From Balamuthia mandrillaris (Eukaryota), in assembly GCA_031835245.2 (NCBI GenBank), contig JAVKOQ020000012.1, positions 1 through 64,000 of the forward strand: a stretch of 64,000 bases of DNA, written 5' to 3'. A model generated the notes under the pieces. The model did not search any database, was not told where the DNA came from, and saw only the letters and a list, made by a program, of their open reading frames with translations. Both the position numbers and the translations under genes were made by a program. Shown here piece by piece: positions 1 through 14,587 of this stretch; the first letter of the stretch is position 1; each line of letters begins with the position of its first letter.

Positions 1-3000
1 ACGAAAATAGGGGCCTCCTACGTTGAGTTCCAAAAATTCTCGACCACCTATCTGGTCAAGGTCTGTTATCTGCTCTTTCATCATGGCACATGGAACATGA
101 CAATGTGCTCACTTGTATTTGTGGCTTATTTATTTTTTTTAATTATTTTGCTTGTTGTTTGGTTGGTTTGGTTTGCTTTGTTAAAACTAGACGATACTTG
201 GAAACTTGACCATGGAACACTTGACTCCCTATGAGCTGTACTCCCAGATTCTTGAAATCCGGGGTGATAAACTGGTGGAGTTAAGCTATGAAAATTATGA
301 TCGGCTTGATCCTTCCTGGCCAGGCTTTGACTCTTGGCTTCGTATCCTTTTTACAACTGTTTATTATTTAGTCTTCCGCTCTCACCTCAAAAACTTTAAG
401 CTTTTTATTATCCTTCACCCGCGACTTAATCAACACTAGGTGTTCGCTTGCACTCCATTCAAATAGTTTTGTTGCGCAGGTTTTGGGGGGAGTTTTCCAA
501 CTATTTTACAGAGATCAAGGGCATTAAAAGCCTTGTCACTGCTACCGCAAAGAAGATGGCCGAAGTCGCCTCGGAGACAGCAGACATGATCAACCAACGT
601 TATGGTATGGCTACTTCTTAGCTACTTTTGATCTTGTCATACAAACAAACAAATAACCCCACTCTCTTTGGTAGTGCTGCGGTATGAAGTGGAAGTAGCC
701 AATCCCACAATGTTTGTGCCACGTTCTCCCACCTCCCAAGAGGCCGCTATCTTGGATCTTGGTCACATTTTTATCGCCAATTCCTACACACGTTCCAAGC
801 CAAGCGATGCGGCCCCAGCTAAAGGAAATATCTCACGTGAAGAGACGGTGGACTTTGTCAACTTGGACGAGGCGGACGGAACTGTTCCTGAAACAGAGCA
901 ACCTCCGCACAGCGAACCTTCAGTGTCAAGTGCGACAGTTGGAGCACAGCCAGAGGAACAGCAAGGCTCCCTTGTTGAACAGATCAACATATCAGCAACA
1001 GCTATTAACATGCAATCTTGCAGAGGACGATTGCAGGACCTCATGAGCCACCTGAGAGGGCCAAACGCAAAGTCATATGCTGACCCTGTGGACACAGAAC
1101 ACATACTAAAGAACGCTGACTTAAATCTGGTTATCACACGAGCAAGTAAGGATGCAGACCCCTTCACGCCACAGATGAAGGTATGCACCTCTTCTGATGA
1201 TGGAGGCAAGCTAACATTTGTACACCTCTGTGTTGCAGATCGATGCCTACGTAAGGGAAGTTGCCACTTGTATGACACAAGCACAACTCTATACATTGAT
1301 CGCTATCTACAGAGAAAATTACAAACTTGGTTTTGTTCCCGATCCCGAGCCTTCATCTGGTATAACACCCCCTCCGCAGTCATCTCCACCTTTACTGATA
1401 GAATTTTTTTTGGCATTCCTACGTTACAAAAGAACATTCTGAGCAGGCTCCTTCTGCCGGCTCTAGCCCATCCCCTCAAACCTCCTTCCGAATAAGCTAC
1501 CAAATCTCTGTTGTTCTGAATCGCCTCTCAATCGAACTGCTTCGTGATTCCCCGATATCCTCAACGTTTGTATCTTTTCTGCCAAATATTCGCCTGTCCA
1601 TTTCTCATTGTCTCGCGACCATGATCTCTCTGTATCTTGAAATAGAAACCGATGGACAGATGATGTAGATGGAGGACTTGCTGGCGGAACATCCCCTAAA
1701 GCAACCCATAGTACTAGCTTTAACAAGAGCGTCTATAACCCGCTGTCCCCTGGCTACTATTCCATTATGAGAATTGATATGAACAAACCTCGAATATTCA
1801 TTCTGATGGGCTTGGACGAGAGCATGACGGTATCTTCTACTTTCTGCTGTTGAACCAAAAGCTGGGACTAAACGACTAACTTCAATCCATCGCATCAGGT
1901 TGATTTTAGCCTCGAGTCCATTAACATTGTAGATACCCGTCCCACACCTAATTATTACAAGGTATGTTTGCGTATTTCCTCCTGCACACTGCACAACTCT
2001 TAGCAAAGCTCCACTTTAGTATTTGCTTTGCAGTGCGAATAAACGCAACGCGAAAGACCAGACAGACAAAGGGCGGCCTACGAGAGTTGCAAAGGAGGAC
2101 TGCTACAAATCAAGCGCAGAGGGTGTTTCTCCAGAAGACGAAGAAGACATTGCCTCGGACAAGGAGAAAGAGAAAGAAAAAGAGAAAGAAAAACAAGCAT
2201 CTGATAGCGAGGAGGGTGCAAGCGCCAACGTGCGGAGCGAAGATGACGATGTGACATCTATCGAACAATCTCAGTTGTTAGTTTATTACAGGCGTGACGC
2301 CAAAGGAGCCCAGGCGCTATCTATTACAGGCCATTCCCCGCGCCTCATCCTATTGCCTGATGCTGTGTATTCAATCAATGTATGTAACATGTTGTCCACG
2401 CGTTTTTCTTTTCCATTTTTGCAGCAATGACTAACTTGCTTCCAGCAAACGCTGATGCCTTGCGTTTGGGCGTTGATAAATATAAACACAGGGTTGGAGT
2501 TGATGATGGCGACAGGAGAGGAAGCAACGCCACCCGCCCCACCTCCACCTACCCGATTGGACATGGCAGTCAGGCTAACATCTCCACTTGAGATTTGGAT
2601 TGTGGAGAATGCCTTCAGAAAAAAGACCTCCTGCATGGTTATTCAGACTGATTTTACTTTGCGTTATGTGAACGATCCGCTAGCTGCTGAGCTTGGTTTG
2701 ACAGTTGTGTTGGAAAGCCTTGCCGTCAGTAAAGCTGATTATATACCAGAAGTAAGGCTTCTTTGTTCGTTCTCTAATGACACCCTCTATGCCCATTTCT
2801 TATTTGTTAATTTTGTTAGGGAAAACTCAAACCGTCTGCCATAATTCTACCACGTGTCAACGCTGTGTATCGGTACAAGCGACTGGGAGATACCCTACAG
2901 GCACAAGTCCACTTGGATCCAGTTCATATCACTTTTTCGTATAAGGTTCTCTCTTCCAGTTTTGGAATTCTCATTGTTACTGATGCACCCATTAGGACTT

Positions 3001-6000
3001 CGCTTTGTTGTTGCGCGTATTGCAAGAATTGAACCCACCCCCTGAGAAGAATCAGCCCTCCCCAAGCGTAGATCCTGCAAGTGCAGAGTCCCATAAAGCA
3101 GCTTATGAAACCCCACCACCCACTTTTGTGCTAGATCCGCCGCAGAAACAGAGGGTATTGTTTTCTCCTTATTACCGCTTATTTTTTCCTGTTAGTTCTT
3201 GAATTTCTCCTGACATGGTGTTGTTACAGGCTAAATGCAAGGTTGGCCCTCTTAGGCTCACCTTCATAAATGACTGTGGGGAAGTTATTCCTCTGGCTGA
3301 CTTTAGAATCTATGATGTTGCTTTCGTTGTCAGCTCACTTAGTCCTAAGGTGACCTTTTGTTTTAAAAAGAAGAGAAAAAAGATGTAATGCCCTTCCACA
3401 ATGCTACGCAGAAAAATGACGCTTTGTATTTCTCTTAAACTAGGTGTCCGCCGCCATCAACTTTTCTGTAAAAGGACTTTACTACAACGTGGCGCTGGCT
3501 AAATGGGAACCTATCATAGAACAGTGGGAATGCAGCATCAGGGTATGTGCGACATTAGCCCTTTTTCTCTGGTTTAGTTAATCTCTATGAGTTCTTATGC
3601 TTTTATCAATCACAGATAAAAGATACCAGTAAAATCAGGGTTATGCCCGAGAAGAGATTGGACTTCAATTTAACCAAGTCTTTCTTTGACACCATGAAAA
3701 GAAATGTTGAGCTATGGCAGAAAGACTTCTACCAAATTCCTATGAAGGACACTGCTCATGCGTCCTCAGTACTTTTAGCCAAGGCCAAACAGAAAACGTT
3801 TTCTCCACTTTATCTCTGCAATGATACAGGACAGAAGCTACTGTGGTGGCTGCCTCTCAGAGTTAGTATTTATCTCTTCTTCCCTCTTCCCGTTTTCTGA
3901 TCTTCTTGGCTGGGCATACCACAGGCTGCAGAGACACCTCAAGATGCTACAGAGTTGTACCCACTAGAACCTTCAGCCGTGATTCCTATTACGTCAGACC
4001 TTCTGCGGCAGCAAGAACAGCAACAAAGGCAAAAAGGCACAACTGGGGAGGAGGGGCTTGTTTCTGCAACTGCAAGCGTCTCCATGATCCTTAGCTCCAG
4101 CGGAAACATAACGACTGCCAAACACGGACAAGGCCCTCCGTTGTTGCCCTCCCTTTATCAAATGCAACGCACCATCGCATTTCACTTGCCCTCGATCCCC
4201 GATGCTCATCCCGCAACAAATCTTCCTCTTCACAAAGTAGGAACGTACCTCATCCCTCTGATGTGGCCTAGAGACCGTCCCGACCAGATCTATGCCATCT
4301 ACGAGGTTTGTTATTTGCCAACATACTTTCTGTTCTGTCTATTTAATGAAGGCCTTACAGGTTACTTTGGCGGATGGAAGCAAAGTTCTAAACTTAAGAT
4401 CTAATGTTTTAATACGGAATGAAACGGACCATGTTTTGGATATTCAAGTTGAGCGCCATCAAAGGCTGCAGCATGATTCGCTTGGCCCTTTGGGTAGATA
4501 TTTGATCCTTCCTTTTTGTAGACATTACGCTCCCACTGACCTCTCCTCTCGTACTCTCCGTGACTCTGGTCGACATCTCTAGCGGTGAAAAGCTCTGTTT
4601 CAGTACCGATCCATCCCGCGAAGACAAGAGCCAAGTTCCTTCGGTTCAGACCCCACACAGATCCTGAATGGAACGAACAGGATCAAGGGCCTGCTTCCTG
4701 CCACATTCTTGGAGAGTATAATCCCACCCATTATTGGACTGAAACACCAATATCCTGCGCTCTGCCATCCACCAGATGCTTTGCCTTGCGCTCTTCCCCT
4801 ATAAATGCGGATACTGCTTTAGCCGCATTTTATGCCGTGCATGTGGAGGCTAGGACCGAGCCCGGTGTTCAGTACGCATATTTCGGTCTCGATTTTTGTT
4901 GTTCATAACAAAACCCACCAAACAATCCAACAGGGAAGGAGAAGGGGATCACATTGTTACGGTCTGCCCGCCCCTAATCCTGGAAAATGCTCTGGTATGT
5001 GACCTGGCATACAGCATCACCAATGAAAAATCGGGTACACGACAGGGTCATCTGCAGAGAGGAGAAAGTGTCGCTATCTACCGCTTCGACACTACAGAGC
5101 CACTAGCATTGTCCATATCTGTTCCAGGTAAGCTTATTCATGTCTTTATCTTCCTTACGCTCAAAGAAAAAAAAAGGTTACAAGCGAAACACTCCTGTAT
5201 ATATCTCCGGCCCCAACCTCAAGAAAAAGCTCGCCCTTGTGCCAAAGAACAGGACCAAGTTCTCTCACTTAGATATCAACATTGATAACCGGTAACACAA
5301 TTCCTTCTCCATTCTCGCTCGATCACACTAAATCATGATTTATAATAGCATAACAGCGAAAGGTACTCGCAAAGTCAGTTTATATGCTCAGTTTTGGATG
5401 ATAAACCGCACGGGTCTGCCGTTGTCTTACCGACAGTATCCATTACCACCCAAAGAAAAGGCTCAAAAATGTAGCCCCACTATTCATTTACTCACTACTC
5501 CCCAATGGTTTAATTTAATTTTAACCTTATCTTCTTCCTTCAAAATAGCTCAAAAGAAATGGGCCAAGTTGATAGATAGAGGAGGTGACCCAAAGGACTG
5601 GGGCGGTGGAAAGTTTGGAGAGGGAGAATTATACAAAGGCTTGGCAGCCCCTGTCATGTTTGCTTACCATCAAAGAGACATCGTTGGCAACAAAGTATCA
5701 ATCAAGATAGCAGGTTCTCATTGGTCAAAGGCACGCCAGGGCTCCATATTTCATATTATTTGTCTACACCTTTTGCTGACCTTTTCTCTTTTCTTTTCTT
5801 TTCTTTTCTTTTCTTTTCTTTTCTTTTCTTTTCTTTTCTTTTCTTTTCTTTTCTTTTCTTTTCTTTCTTTTCTTTTCTTTTCTTTTCTTTTCTTTTCTTT
5901 TCTTTTCTTTTCTTTTCTTTTCTTTTCTTTTCTTTTCTTTTCTTTTCTTTTCTTTTCTTTTCTTTTCTCTTTTATTTATTGTTCTTGTTCATGTTCTTTT

Positions 6001-9000
6001 CTTTCTTTCTTTCTTTTGTGGTGTGTGTGTGTGTAGCCATTCAGTTTAGAAAATGCAGGAACAGTGGGGTTGTTGGAGATAAAAGACAAGGAGCACCACA
6101 CCAAGGGGCGCACAATTGGTTTTCAATTAAGCGTGCAAGTGGATTTTGCACCGCCTCCTGTACGTTTGTTTTGATTTGAAACGGCTTTCAGCATAGTTCC
6201 TGACTCTTGATTACTGTTCACAGTTTCGGCGCACAAAGATCATCACGATATCCCCGCATGTGGTGTTAGTAAATCGTATGTCTTCAACTATCTATTATAC
6301 ACAAAAGGGTACCAACGTGAAGTACACACTCGAACCCAATACACGGATTCCTTTCCATTGGCCAGATGGAGCCAACAGAGTTAAAGAAGGAAGGGAAATG
6401 TGTATTGCTCTGCCTGGTTATTGGCATCCGTAAGTAGCTGCTTTGTGTAGGTTGATACAGATCTGATTTGTTCTTGCTAAACACAAAATGTTGACAAACA
6501 TAAAGGTCTGGCGAGTTTGATATTGAGCAACTGGGACAAATGGTAATTAAGCATCGGCACCACAACGGTGGAATCAAGTTAACAGGAGTTGAAATACGCA
6601 ACGAAAAGGGCACCAATTTTGTAACCTTTTCTGATTCTTTTGTGCCTCGCTATCGCGTTGAAAATTGTTCCCCTTATGAGGTCACCATCTATCAAAAGGT
6701 AGATTACCCTCTCTGCTATTATCTGTACATTGGCAAAAACTTAAGCTTGAAATATAGGGAGTAGGCATACCTCAGAAGCTTAACATGTACGAATCAATGG
6801 CATACTGTTGGGACTTTCCTTCCAAGGTATTTTTATTCTAACGTTTGTTTTTCCAGTCGGGCTAACAAAGCTTTTGACAGAGTCACTATCTTGCCATTGA
6901 AGTGGAGGAACAATTCATACGCTTTGTATGCTTGGATAAAATCAAGAAGTACTCAGATATAACTGTCATTAAAAAAGAGAAGCTCGGTTTTTCCCCTTCG
7001 AATAGCATTAAGCTTGAAGAAGTAAGCACCCCCCGGCACAGCGGACCCATCGCTCTAGTGAAGCATCGCACCTCGAAAAAATTTAGGCGAAGCGAAGAAA
7101 GCAACAGACAAGAAAACGGCACAGAGTATCTTATTATAGGCGCAGAAATAACTACGGATGGCCCAACACGAGTCCTTCGCATCTTAGACCGTAAAACTTA
7201 TCCTTATTTTGAGTCCTTGGAAGCCTCTCTGAAAGACACTGAAAATGAAAAATCGCTCAAGGTACCAAACTCGTCCTCATTTTTCTGTGACAATTGCTAA
7301 CTATTTTCCCGTTAATTTAACAGCGCCGAGCCGCCAACAAAGCACAAAGTAAAATAACTCTAAAATTCAAACGGGGCATTGGCCTCTCAGTGGTGGATGG
7401 CACCCCACAGGTACGCTGTGTTTGGTAGGACTACTCCAGAAGTAAGCCTAACACAACACCTTCTCTTCACTTTATCTTATGGCTCTGTAGGAATTGATGT
7501 ACATAAGCATGTCAGATATTACCCTTGAATACTGTAATAGCAGTTACTACAATGTGCAATACTGGGACTTTAAAATCAAACGATTCCAGGTTTTTTTCCT
7601 TCCTCCCCTCGGTTTGTTGGGTCTAGTTCTAAATACCTTGTACAACAGATCGATAACCAACTCTTCTTTACCCCATATCCTGTTGTGGCAAGTCCTCACA
7701 TGAGATTGCCAGCGGACAAGTCCTTCCTGGCGCTGTCGGTAATCAAATCGATGGAGTACCGAGAAGTTGATTTTTATAAGTATGTGGCGTTGGGCGTGCA
7801 AGAACTTGACGTTCGCATCGACGAAACCTTCCTTTTGAAGTTGCTCCAGTTTTTCAACGTTGGTACAGACGACATCTCGCAAGCACATTTTGTGGACGAA
7901 TTGCTTGCCAAAGATGATATGATTTGCCCACTGCCTTCTACCACAGACACCTCCCGCATGCTCTACTTTGAATTCTTCCACATTAACCCATTGCAAGTCA
8001 ACATCAGTTTCGCCACAGTGCCAGGCAAAGAAGCTGTTGAATATCCTTTTGACCCATTCTCTGTTCAACATTAATTGCTTCTATTCAAAGCGTTAGTTAC
8101 CTTAACTTTTCACAAGGACAACCCAGTTCGTCTTGCATTTGGAGCACTTGGCCTTGGTATCAAACTTCCAAACATAGAAGGAGCACCGATTCGTCTAAAC
8201 AGTCTTATCCTTCGGCATCCGTTTACCACTCAAGAGGAATTAATAGAACGCATATCTGCCCATTACGTTCGCCAAGCCATCATACAGGTTACCTTTTATC
8301 ATTCGTTGGTTATTTCGACCATCCAACCTTAAACCTTTTTTTTAACCATGAACAGGCGTACAAGGTATTGGGCTCATTCGACTTTTTAGGCAACCCTGTG
8401 TCCTTTCTCAACAACTTGGGCACTGGTGTCAAGGATTTCTTCTACGAGCCTTTTAATGCATTTGTACAAAGTCCCAAAGAACTCGGTGATGGTCTCGCCA
8501 AGGTACGATTACATCCTTCTTCCTTTGATGAATTTTTGAATTACACAAACGAACTCTCTTTCTCTCTCTCTCTCTCTCTCTGGTCTTTGGGTCTCGTTCT
8601 GCTTCAATGTTGTGCTTTTATAGGGCACATCGAGTCTTGTCAAAAATTCCGTGTATGGAGTGTTCAACAGCGTCAGCAAGGTCACGGAGAGCATGGCCAA
8701 AGGCATTTCCAAGTTGTCCTTTGACCAAACTTATCAAGTGGAGCGAGATAACAGTATGCGAGAACGGCCCCATGATGCTGGCCAAGGTCTCATTCATGGG
8801 GCAAAGGGCTTTACCAAAGGGCTCATTGGTGGACTCAGCGGTGTTGTGGTTTGTGCTTCAGTTATTTTGTTTTTTCAGTCTTTCTTTCCAATTTTCTGGC
8901 ATTGACAACATGAACAGGTGGAGCCCATCCGTGGTGCTCAAAGTGGAGGAGCTCAAGGCCTTGTGAAAGGAATGGCCAAGGGTGTCGTTGGGTATTTTTT

Positions 9001-9867
9001 TTCTCCACTACTCGATCAGAGAGAGAGAGAGAGAGAACGACGAGAAAGAGAAACAACAAGGAAGTAAATAGAGAGAAGATATGACCATATTATTAATCCA
9101 CCGCTCAATGAAAGGGTTGCCGTAAAACCGAGTGTTGGTGTGATAGAGACTGTTTCAAAGACAGCACAAGGGATTCGAAACCAGGCCGACTCGTGGGAAC
9201 GTGATAGAACAGCACGTCAACGGTTACCCCGTTACTTTGGGCAAGATAAAATGCTGGTGGTACGTTTTTTAACGTTCCCATTCTCCAATCATACCTCTTA
9301 CTGTCCTGTCTTGCTTTATGTTACATCATCACAGCCTTATGTAAAAGAACAAGCTTTGGGTCAAGCCATTCTCTACGGGTTAAGTGACAGGCGGTACATG
9401 AACGAATGGTACATGTGCCACGAGTACATTGACCCCCCATACCTTCTGCTATGTTCCAACACATCTATCATTCTGGTGAATTGCCACCAAAAGTTCAGCC
9501 AGCCTCAAAAGGAATGGCGGTTGAAGCTGTCAGGTACTTTAGTTGTTTTTGGTTGGATGTTTGTTCTGTGTTTGCACCTAACCATACATAACTTTGTTGC
9601 TAAAAACGCAAAGATCTAAACCGAGAAGGACGCATTGAAACGGCGGTGGAGATAGTGGAGGAGGCACAAGGAGAGGAAGAGGTGGCTGGTTTGCGGTTCT
9701 GGACTCAAAACGTGAGTACTTCTTCGAACCTTGGCAAAGCGGCCATGCCATTTGCTCCCATTTCGGATGCTGAGACGAGGGCAAGAGCCTACACCAAGCT
9801 CACCAAGCTCGTCACGGAGGAGCTGTTGGGGGACATGAAGTGGGTGGAGCTCTTCCGCTATGAATAA
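1..9867 (+). CDS. VPS13: VPS13-family lipid transfer protein, multi-exon, 5' part outside window
   Basis: Exon peptides match VPS13 hallmarks: ILDLGHI, WEPIIEQW, NDTG, LRSNVLIRNET, PPLILEN, YAQFWMINRTGLPL, DGPTRVLRI, GIGLSVVD, FEFFHINP, GSFDFLGNPV, GVKDFFYEP, VAVKP..G, RQRLPRYF. Stop TAA at 9865-9867. Confidence 0.93.
5781..5970 (+). repeat. (TTTTC)n pentanucleotide microsatellite in a VPS13 intron
   Basis: Tandem array visible directly. Confidence 0.95.
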
Positions 9868-9875
9868 TCTCTCAC

Positions 9876-9967
9876 GGATATCCTACGATGATAGGGATAT
9901 CCTGATGATGGGGATATCCTATAACGATAGGGATATCCTGATACGATGATGACGATAGGGATTGCCC
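9876..9967. repeat. Short minisatellite with palindromic GGATATCC cores
   Basis: GGATATCCT at 9876, 9895, 9912 and 9931 plus a degenerate copy at 9959, separated by GAT/GATAG-rich spacers. Confidence 0.85.
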
Positions 9968-10196
9968 AATATAATATGGTTATAATAATAATTTTCAATT
10001 GGCGATTCTGTCAATAATATTATTTACATATTTGATTATTATCGATTTTCATGCCAATATTTTTTAACAACAAAATAAAAAAAACAGCCTGAGCGCCAGA
10101 GAAGAAGAAGAAGAAAGCAGAAGCAAAGGAGGAGGAGAAAGAGCGGCCAAAGGCAGTGGTGGCGACCAGGCGGCCTTGGAGAAAGCAAAGAACGGG

Positions 10197-11422
<1,226 letters not shown>

Positions 11423-11574
11423 TCGTTACATGCGCTCCCAATCTTTGCTTTTTGGCGTCCCTTCGTCTCTTCTGGCTCTCTAGGAAAAAAAAACAAGATA
11501 CTTGCCCCACCACCATCAGATCAATTTTATTGAAGAGAGGAGAGGAGGAGAAAGGGTAGGAACGCAAACGACAA

Positions 11575-12683
11575 CTATGAAGAAGAGTAGAAGGAAGGGT
11601 TTTGTTGGAACCAAGCCCACGTCTTTTGTAAGCCCTCTTGTAAGGAAGTGGTGGCCTCAAAGCCAAACGTGTCTTTAGCCTTTTGGTTGTCGCCTTGCGA
11701 GTGGACCACATTCCCTTCAGCAAAGGGGAGGCTCTTGAAGCGGAGTTGAGGCTCATCAGAGCTACCACCACCACTAGCAGAGAGGCCCATCACCTCTGCG
11801 ATAGACTCTTGAAGGAACTTGACGGTGACTCGGGTGTTTGTGCAAACGTTAAAGATTTCGCCGCGGAGCGGGTGTGGGTGGAGCATGGCCTGCATCATGG
11901 CGGCCACTACGTCCCCCACGTAGACCATATCTCTGGTTTGAGAGCCGTCCCCAAGTATCTCAGCAACGCCGTGCTCCTTCAGCTGGTGCATCACGATGGT
12001 CACCCCGCCGCAATGGGTCTGCTTGGAGTACTGATTCGGCCCGTATACATTGAAGAAGCGCAAAGAAGCTGAGTCAAGGGCATGCAGATTGTAGAAGAGC
12101 TTCAGGTATTGCTCTCCGACCACCTTTTCCAGGGCGTAAGGGGAGCGCGGGTCTGGCGTTTCGCTCTCCTTCAACGGAAAGTTATCGTTGTAACCATAGA
12201 CAGCGGCGCTGCTCGCCAGGAACACCTTTTTGACCTTGTGTCGAACCGCACTGTGCAACAGCGTAACTAGTCCCACCACGTTTTGCTAGTGTCAATTGCT
12301 CCCCGATGTCAACCTCCTCCTCATGCATGCATTGGAACGAGAACGAGAAAGCTTCCTTGTCTCTCGGTACGAACCTTGGTTGAATTGATGGGGTCTTTGA
12401 GGCTCTCATCTACGTATTTTTGCGCGGCCAAGTGGAACACCACGTCTTGTCCCTGTGCAGCCTCGTCTATGCGCCCCTCATCCAAAAGGTTGGCCCTAAC
12501 CACACGGACGCCCCGCTCTTCCTCCGCTTTGATGCGCTGTTGTCTTTCTTCTTCGGTCGGCAGCAACGAGAGGTTGTCAAATATAGTGACGGTATGGCCG
12601 GCCTCCAGCAGTGCGTCCACCAGGTTAGAGCCGATAAAGCCAACCCCGCCCGTTACCAACACCTTCACCCCTGCCTTTTCCAT
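11575..12683 (-). CDS. NAD-dependent epimerase/dehydratase (UDP-glucose 4-epimerase-like extended SDR), one intron ~12286-12373
   Basis: VLVTGGVGFIGSNLV, VFHLAA, ASSAAVYG, YALEK (YxxxK), LRFFNVYGP, GDGSQTRDMVYVGDV. Confidence 0.92.
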
Positions 12684-12797
12684 AGAAGATCCGCTCTTCC
12701 TCTGTTCGTTCTTCCTTAACAAAAATAAAATAATAAGCAAAAAAAAAGGGGGCAGCACTAAGGCGGCGCCAAGATCAAGTGTTGTTGTTGTTGTTGG

Positions 12798-13568
12798 TTA
12801 AGTGGTCATGTTTGTTAAACAGCATAGAGGGTAGATAGAGCTTGGGGCGGGCGGTGATGCCACAGGCGGTTTGACACAATGGATGCGGGCTCCTCCAACT
12901 TCTTGCTTTGGGTCATTGAAGAGCTCGCTTACGGTGTGGTAAAAAGCATCGAGCTGCAGAGCTTCTTTTCCTCCCTCGTCCAGTTCTTCAGCTGGACTGG
13001 AGGGTCGTTCTTGCTGGCTCTGGTGCTTACCTCTGCGGAAGGATTCGGCTCGTTGTTTCACAAAAGGTGCCCACTTCAGCCCAAACAAGTATCACACACA
13101 AAGAGGCACAACAAAAAGCATAAAGAGCGGTTAGCTTCTGCAAGGCTCTGAATAGATGACTACGCCATGCGTATACCTCATCGGTCAGCTCCTCAAAGTT
13201 GACAACCTGGAACCCAGCGGACCGCAGATGTTGCTCGTAGGATGGCCTGTCCAGCATTGGCCACGCACAGGCCACCATTCCCACCAGCTTTGCCTTTATA
13301 TTGCTAGTGACCAGGCTTGCTGCTGTATATACGCAAGTTGTTGTTAGCATGGAGCTCTTCCAAGCAGAATAACATGAAGAACAACGTTGCTTGAGATAAA
13401 AGTCTTCGATAAGCATGGTGCCGCCCGGTCGTAGAGCGTCGAAACATTTCTGGAAGAGCGCCTCCTTGTTCGGAATATGGAGAAAGCAGAGATAGGAGAT
13501 AAGGCTATCAAAAGGTGTGTTGCAGCCGCTCAAGTCAGTGAGCCCCAACTGTCCCATCAATAGCATAT

Positions 13569-13608
<40 letters not shown>

Positions 13609-14167
13609 GGAAAGAAGTAACCAAGCAGAAGAGAAGAAAACCTGAGTAAAGTCTCCTTCGACGAAGCGCAGAAGCTCAGAGTCTTTCAGATCAGTGAGTT
13701 GGGTGAGAGCAAGAGCCGCGGCTTTCATACGCGGTTGAAGCTCAACACCAGTGACATGGGCCTCCGCACGCCAAGCCAAGTAGCGAGCAGGACCACCCAA
13801 CCCACAGCCTACGTCCAGAACACGGCAGCCTTTGCCCAAGCCAAGCTATAGCTTGTGCAGAACAAGAGGATACCTCAGGAGACGTCTAAAAGGTAGTTGA
13901 GGTTCAGCGACGCACCAAAGCGATGGCCTTGTCTAAGGCTTCAGTGCCGCAATAGTGCAACTGATCGAATTCAAAGAGGTGAGGAAGCGCTATCCGCTCT
14001 CCTGCCGATAGATCTGGTAACTTATTGGCAGCTTGAAGCTGCTGCAGCACCCGCTCCACCATTCTGCAGCTATAGAGGCCCATCTCTATCTCACCACTGC
14101 CGCTGCCGCTGCTACCTGCTCCAGCGTCGTCTGTGGAGGCGTTGCTGGCACTGCCACTTGCCTTCAT
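12798..14167 (-). CDS. Class I SAM-dependent methyltransferase, sarcosine/dimethylglycine N-methyltransferase-like; multi-exon, an upstream exon is possible
   Basis: FDQLHY.GTEALD, RVLDVGCGLGGPARYLA, VTGVEL, LCFLHIPNKEALF, ALRPGG.MLIEDF. Confidence 0.8.
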
Positions 14168-14391
14168 CTCTTGAGCTAATGATGATGTACCCGCCGTCGC
14201 CGCCGCCTATGCCCTCTTGGTTACCCAGATGGATACTACCCGTCACCAACGCAACCAAGGTCTCCCTTCTCTCCTCTCCCCTAACCCTGTAGCAGCAGCA
14301 GCAGCAGCTTTTCCTTGCTTTTCCTCGTGGTGGTGGTTGCTGCTGTTGCTGCTGTTCGCAGGCAGGAAATTCGCGCGAGTGCTAAAGTAAG

Positions 14392-14422
<31 letters not shown>

Positions 14423-14587
14423 GTGGACAACCCTTCCAAACCAACCACCGCTTCTTGGAGACTGCGAGGACGTAGGCCTGCTTTTCTTAAAATATAAATA
14501 AAAAAGACAGAGAGAGAAGCAAGGGGAGCAGCAGGTGGTGGTGATGAGGTCCAACTCCAACAATCCAACAGCAGAGAGAATGTCCGA

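Noticed and set aside
9876..9967. Palindromic repeats with variable spacers resembling a CRISPR array
   Set aside because: Repeats are only 9 bp, spacers are short and similar to each other, there are no cas genes and the context is eukaryotic.
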